Assembly: GCA_035526335.1 (NCBI GenBank)
Contig: DATLCN010000026.1
Location: 14,765-78,764 of the forward strand
Source of the DNA: Acidimicrobiales bacterium
GTDB lineage: Bacteria > Actinomycetota > Acidimicrobiia > Acidimicrobiales > GCA-2861595
Direction: 5' to 3'
DNA: 64,000 nucleotides
Position numbers and translations under genes: made by a program. The notes under the pieces were generated by a model, which did not search any database, had not been told where the DNA came from, and saw only the letters and a list, made by a program, of their open reading frames with translations. Positions 60,591 through 64,000 of this stretch are shown here, one piece after another. Numbering within the stretch: the stretch's first letter is position 1; each line of letters begins with the position of its first letter.

Positions 60591-62792
60591 GTGCCGAAGA
60601 ATGGCAAGATGCCAACTGCGCCGGCCACTTCCCCCGAACCCTGGGCTCCGCCTGCTCCCCCACCGGAGCCGGTGACCCGCGACGAGCTTCGGCGCGAGGC
60701 GCGGGTGGTGGGCCTCCGCGATTTTCAGTCGCCCTCCTTCGAGGCCGTCGACCGCCGGCGGGTGCAGCTGTGGGCGCTCTCCACCCTGTTGCTGATCCTG
60801 CTGTCGTCATCGGTGGTCATCTCCACATGGGCGCCTCAGCTTGCGGGAGCGGAGCAGCCGCGTCTGGCACTGCGTCTGTCCGTCCTCTTCCTGACCATCG
60901 GATTCGCCGTCTACTCCTTCGAGAAGGAGGCCCACCTCCGGCGGCTGAGCCGCCTGCTGTTCGACGAGCGGCTTCTCACGACGGCGCTGTCCAACCGGCT
61001 TCACGAGCTGTCGCTCCTGCTCGAGGCCGGCCGGGCGATGAACTCGGTCCTCGAGCTCCCTCAGGTTCTCTCGGCCATCCTCCAGAGCGCTCTCGAGCTG
61101 CTGCGGGGATCCAACGGTTCGCTGATGCTCATCGAACACGACGACGAGCTGCACACCGTGACCGCGGTCGGGAACGACGGGGCCCAACAGGCCCGGGTCA
61201 AGCTGGGTGAGGGAATCGCCGGCGCCGTAGCCGCCACCATGCAGCCCCTCCTGGTGAACGGTCAGCCGGACTCGTCGCGGTTCCCGGGACTGCAGGCGAG
61301 GAAGAAAGGTGTGAGCAGCGCCATGTGCGTCCCCCTCATCCACCACGACAACGCACTCGGGGTGCTCAACGTCAACGCTGACGAGACTCGGATCTTCTCG
61401 GAGTACGACCTCCGGGCGCTCAGCCTCTTCGCCGAGCAGGCAGCCAGCACCATCGCCAAGGCCCGCCTGTTCGAGACCCAGCGGCAGCAGGCCGAGCAGC
61501 TGGCCCACATCGCTTTCCACGATCCGCTCACCGGGTTGGCCAACCGGGTGCTCTTCGTCGACCGCGCGGCCCAGGCCCTGAGCCGGGCCAAGCGTCATCC
61601 GGCGGCCGTGGCGGTGCTGTTCGTGGACCTCGACCGCTTCAAGCTGGTCAACGACAGTCTGGGCCACGCCGCCGGCGACGAGCTGCTCGCTGCCGCGGCT
61701 GGCCGCCTGAAGGCCGTCGTCCGCCCGACCGACACGCTGGCCCGCTTCGGGGGCGACGAGTTCGTCGTCCTGTGCGAGGGGCTGGCCGGGGAGATCGAAG
61801 CCGTGGGCGTGGCCGCCCGCATCGAGGAGGCCTTCTCGGAGCCGTTCCAGCTCACCGCCGGCCAGGCGAGGGTGACCGCCAGCGTCGGGATCGCGCTCGC
61901 CAGCGACCCCAAAGATGAGCCCGAGGCCCTGGTCCGTGACGCGGACACGGCGATGTACAGGGCAAAGCAGCGGGGCCGGGCCGGCCACGAGGTCTTCAGC
62001 GCAGCCATGCGGGCGGAGAAGACCGGCAAGCTCCAAGTGGAGAACTGCCTGCGACGGGCCGTGGAGCAGGATCGCATCGTCGCCGTCTTCCAGCCCATCG
62101 TCGACCTCCGAGCCGGCAACAGGATCGTGGGCGCCGAAGCGCTGCTGCGACTGAACGACGCGGACCGGGGCATCCTCCTCCCGGCCGAGTTCCTGGATGT
62201 GGCCGAGGAGAGTGGCCTGATCGTTCCGCTCGGCGCCTGGATGCTCCGCGAATCGTGCGCTCAGGCCGCGAGGTGCGGCGCCGGGCCGTCGGCCTCCGGC
62301 CCGCAGGCGACCGTGAACGTGAACCTGTCGGCTGTCCAGCTCGCGACCCGGGACCTGGCCGACCAGGTGGCCCAGGTCCTTCAGGACACCGGCCTGATGC
62401 CGGGCGACCTCCATCTGGAGATCACCGAGACGGCGCTGACGGAGCTGTCGCCGGACACGCTCGCCATGTTGGAGACCGTCACCGGGTCGGGAGTCCACCT
62501 CGGTATCGACGACTTCGGCACCGGCTACTCCTCTTTGACCTACCTGCGCCGGTTCCCGGTGGATTTCGTGAAGATCGACCAGTCCTTCGTCGACGGGCTC
62601 ATGACCGACGCCGAGGATCTGGCCATCGTCGAGTCGGTGATCCGTCTGGCAGGGGGCCTCGGTCTCACCAGCGTTGCCGAGGGGGTCGAGAGCGCTGAGC
62701 AGGCTCTGCGGCTCCTCGAGCTCGGCTGCGATCTGGCCCAGGGTTACGTCTTCGGTCGCCCGGCCAGCACCTTCGCCGCCGCCGTTCTGTAG
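60591..62792 (+). CDS. membrane-associated GAF-GGDEF-EAL c-di-GMP turnover protein
   Basis: GTG 60591 is preceded by AAGGAGG. Two TM helices and a GAF-like region are followed by a GGDEF domain (DPLTGLANR...RFGGDEFVV) and an EAL domain (QPIV...VGAEALLRL...EITE...DDFGTGYSSL...KIDQSF). Confidence 0.9.
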   Translation: MPKNGKMPTAPATSPEPWAPPAPPPEPVTRDELRREARVVGLRDFQSPSFEAVDRRRVQLWALSTLLLILLSSSVVISTWAPQLAGAEQPRLALRLSVLFLTIGFAVYSFEKEAHLRRLSRLLFDERLLTTALSNRLHELSLLLEAGRAMNSVLELPQVLSAILQSALELLRGSNGSLMLIEHDDELHTVTAVGNDGAQQARVKLGEGIAGAVAATMQPLLVNGQPDSSRFPGLQARKKGVSSAMCVPLIHHDNALGVLNVNADETRIFSEYDLRALSLFAEQAASTIAKARLFETQRQQAEQLAHIAFHDPLTGLANRVLFVDRAAQALSRAKRHPAAVAVLFVDLDRFKLVNDSLGHAAGDELLAAAAGRLKAVVRPTDTLARFGGDEFVVLCEGLAGEIEAVGVAARIEEAFSEPFQLTAGQARVTASVGIALASDPKDEPEALVRDADTAMYRAKQRGRAGHEVFSAAMRAEKTGKLQVENCLRRAVEQDRIVAVFQPIVDLRAGNRIVGAEALLRLNDADRGILLPAEFLDVAEESGLIVPLGAWMLRESCAQAARCGAGPSASGPQATVNVNLSAVQLATRDLADQVAQVLQDTGLMPGDLHLEITETALTELSPDTLAMLETVTGSGVHLGIDDFGTGYSSLTYLRRFPVDFVKIDQSFVDGLMTDAEDLAIVESVIRLAGGLGLTSVAEGVESAEQALRLLELGCDLAQGYVFGRPASTFAAAVL

Positions 62793-62795
62793 GTC

Positions 62796-63152
62796 TCAGC
62801 CGGGGGGATGCGTTGCCGTCACGGTCGTGGAGATGCCGCCGCGTACCTGCCATTCGGTCGTGACGATCATCCGGCGGGGTGAGACAGCGGCGACCAGGTC
62901 ATCGAGAACCCGGTTGGTGACGTCCTCGTGGAAAGCACCTTCGTCCCGGAAGCTCCACAGGTAGAGCTTGAGCGACTTCAGCTCCACGATGCTCTCGCCC
63001 GGGACGTACACGATCGTTACGGTGGCGAAGTCGGGCTGACCGGTGCGGGGACAGACACAGGTGAACTCGGGGGTGCTGCAGCGCACCTCGTAGTCGCGGC
63101 CTGGATGAGGATTGGGAAGAGCTACAAGTTCACGCGAAGGACTGCTGGGCAC
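62796..63152 (-). CDS. queF: NADPH-dependent 7-cyano-7-deazaguanine (preQ0) reductase, type I
   Basis: [13 protein letters not shown] (catalytic Cys) and the QueF motif [16 protein letters not shown] start at 63152. Confidence 0.9.
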   Translation of the reverse strand: MPSSPSRELVALPNPHPGRDYEVRCSTPEFTCVCPRTGQPDFATVTIVYVPGESIVELKSLKLYLWSFRDEGAFHEDVTNRVLDDLVAAVSPRRMIVTTEWQVRGGISTTVTATHPPG

Positions 63153-63305
63153 TCAGCCGTTCTTGCCGAGCATCCGGTTCATCTTGGTTCCGCAAACCGG
63201 GCAGGAGCCCTGGGCGGCGCGACGGCCATTGGCCATCTCGACGGCCTCGCCGTCGAACTCACGCTTCTCCCGACATTTCACGCAGTAACCCTCGTAGGTT
63301 GCCAT
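63153..63305 (-). CDS. small zinc-ribbon protein (50 aa; DUF5679-like)
   Basis: Not in the ORF track, presumably because it is short. My translation is MATYEGYCVKCREKREFDGEAVEMANGRRAAQGSCPVCGTKMNRMLGKNG, with CxxC-N23-CxxC and coding-type GC3. Its stop abuts the queF start. Confidence 0.6.
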   Translation of the reverse strand: MATYEGYCVKCREKREFDGEAVEMANGRRAAQGSCPVCGTKMNRMLGKNG

Positions 63306-63314
63306 GCCGCGACC

Positions 63315-64000
63315 CTAGTGCAGCACTGTCAGCCCTTCGTGGTCCGCCTGGAGCAAAAGCGCCCGTCCGGCCACTCCTGCGTCGGCCAGAAGCTTCTCTC
63401 CGACGGCGTGCAGACGCGGGGCCTCGTCCTTCGCGCAAAAAGCCAGGAGGCTGGGGCCGGCGCCCGACCAGCAGGACGCCATTGCCCCGGCATCGGCCAG
63501 CCCCTCGAGCAGAGCGGCCGCCTCGGGGAACAGCGGCGCCCGCGCCGGCTGGTGGAGGCGATCCTCGGTGGCCTCCGGGCGCAGCAGCGTCCGGTCGGCA
63601 AGTCCGGCCAGAAGGAGCCCCATGCGGCCGAGGTTGAAGGCGGCATCGCCGTGCGGCACGTGACTCGCCAGAGCGGCACGAGCCTGTTTCGTCGGCAGCC
63701 CGCGTGATGGCACGAGCACTACGAACGACATGCCGGCGTCGAGCGGGAAACGATTCGCGACCGCCGTCGTTCCGATCGTGGTGGCACTCACCAGTCCGCC
63801 GAGCACGGACGCCGAGGCATTGTCCGGATGACCGTCGTACCGGGCGGCCACGGCCAGCGGGTCGGCAGCGCCGGCCGCCGCGGCAGCGGCGGCGGCAAGA
63901 GCGGCCGAAGATCCCAGGCCCCTGCCGACGGGAATGTCCGAGCGGACCGTGATGGCGAGCCGGTCGTGCCCGCGGACGGAAATGGCGATGCGGGCCGCGA
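63315..64000 (-). CDS. thrB: homoserine kinase (5' end beyond the window edge)
   Basis: My translation upstream of the track ORF gives ...IPVGRGLGSSAALAAAAA (GHMP kinase motif II). This is followed by GHPDNASASVLGGL and SGAGPSLLAF. Confidence 0.9.
   Translation of the reverse strand, partial: AARIAISVRGHDRLAITVRSDIPVGRGLGSSAALAAAAAAAAGAADPLAVAARYDGHPDNASASVLGGLVSATTIGTTAVANRFPLDAGMSFVVLVPSRGLPTKQARAALASHVPHGDAAFNLGRMGLLLAGLADRTLLRPEATEDRLHQPARAPLFPEAAALLEGLADAGAMASCWSGAGPSLLAFCAKDEAPRLHAVGEKLLADAGVAGRALLLQADHEGLTVLH

Overview
High-GC (about 70% by eye), gene-dense, actinobacterial-type chromosomal segment. All calls rest on motif recognition in the supplied translations and on my own reading of the DNA; no database search was run. 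Left third (about 1-23.3 kb): a near-complete division/cell-wall (dcw) cluster on the minus strand, mraZ-rsmH-ftsL-ftsI-murE-mraY-murD-ftsW-murG-murC-murB-ftsQ-ftsZ-pgeF-yggS-sepF-yggT-divIVA. Many junctions are 4-nt ATGA/GTGA start/stop overlaps, and murF is missing from its usual place. The cluster is flanked by ileS, a TraR/DksA zinc-finger gene and a partial lspA. Middle (about 23.3-37 kb): a more accessory-looking block. It holds an HNH endonuclease, a ROK kinase, a MoxR-DUF58-transglutaminase triad, a DUF3040 gene, and the most unusual locus of the window, a tandem-cupredoxin lipoprotein followed by a 1461-aa three-module multicopper oxidase. Right (about 37-64 kb): PIG-L deacetylase, threonine aldolase, IMPase, pfkA, an RlpA-like protein, the nrdR / ChiZ-like LysM / lexA SOS node with three SOS-box-like sites, an S8 protease, dapE-dapD ... 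dapC, hflX-dapF-miaA-miaB-spoVS-recA, thpR-cinA-pgsA-rimO, Nfu_N, GAF-GGDEF-EAL, queF, a small zinc-ribbon gene and a partial thrB. I saw no rRNA, tRNA, CRISPR array, transposase or integrase. Many long track ORFs are antisense shadow ORFs or over-extended N-termini typical of high-GC DNA, so I trimmed starts where a conserved N-terminus, a start/stop overlap or a Shine-Dalgarno sequence supported it. A recurring signal is perfect or near-perfect in-frame tandem duplications and insertions inside conserved housekeeping genes (dapC, dapF, miaA, miaB and others). There is also a low-GC, repeat-structured leader in front of miaA.
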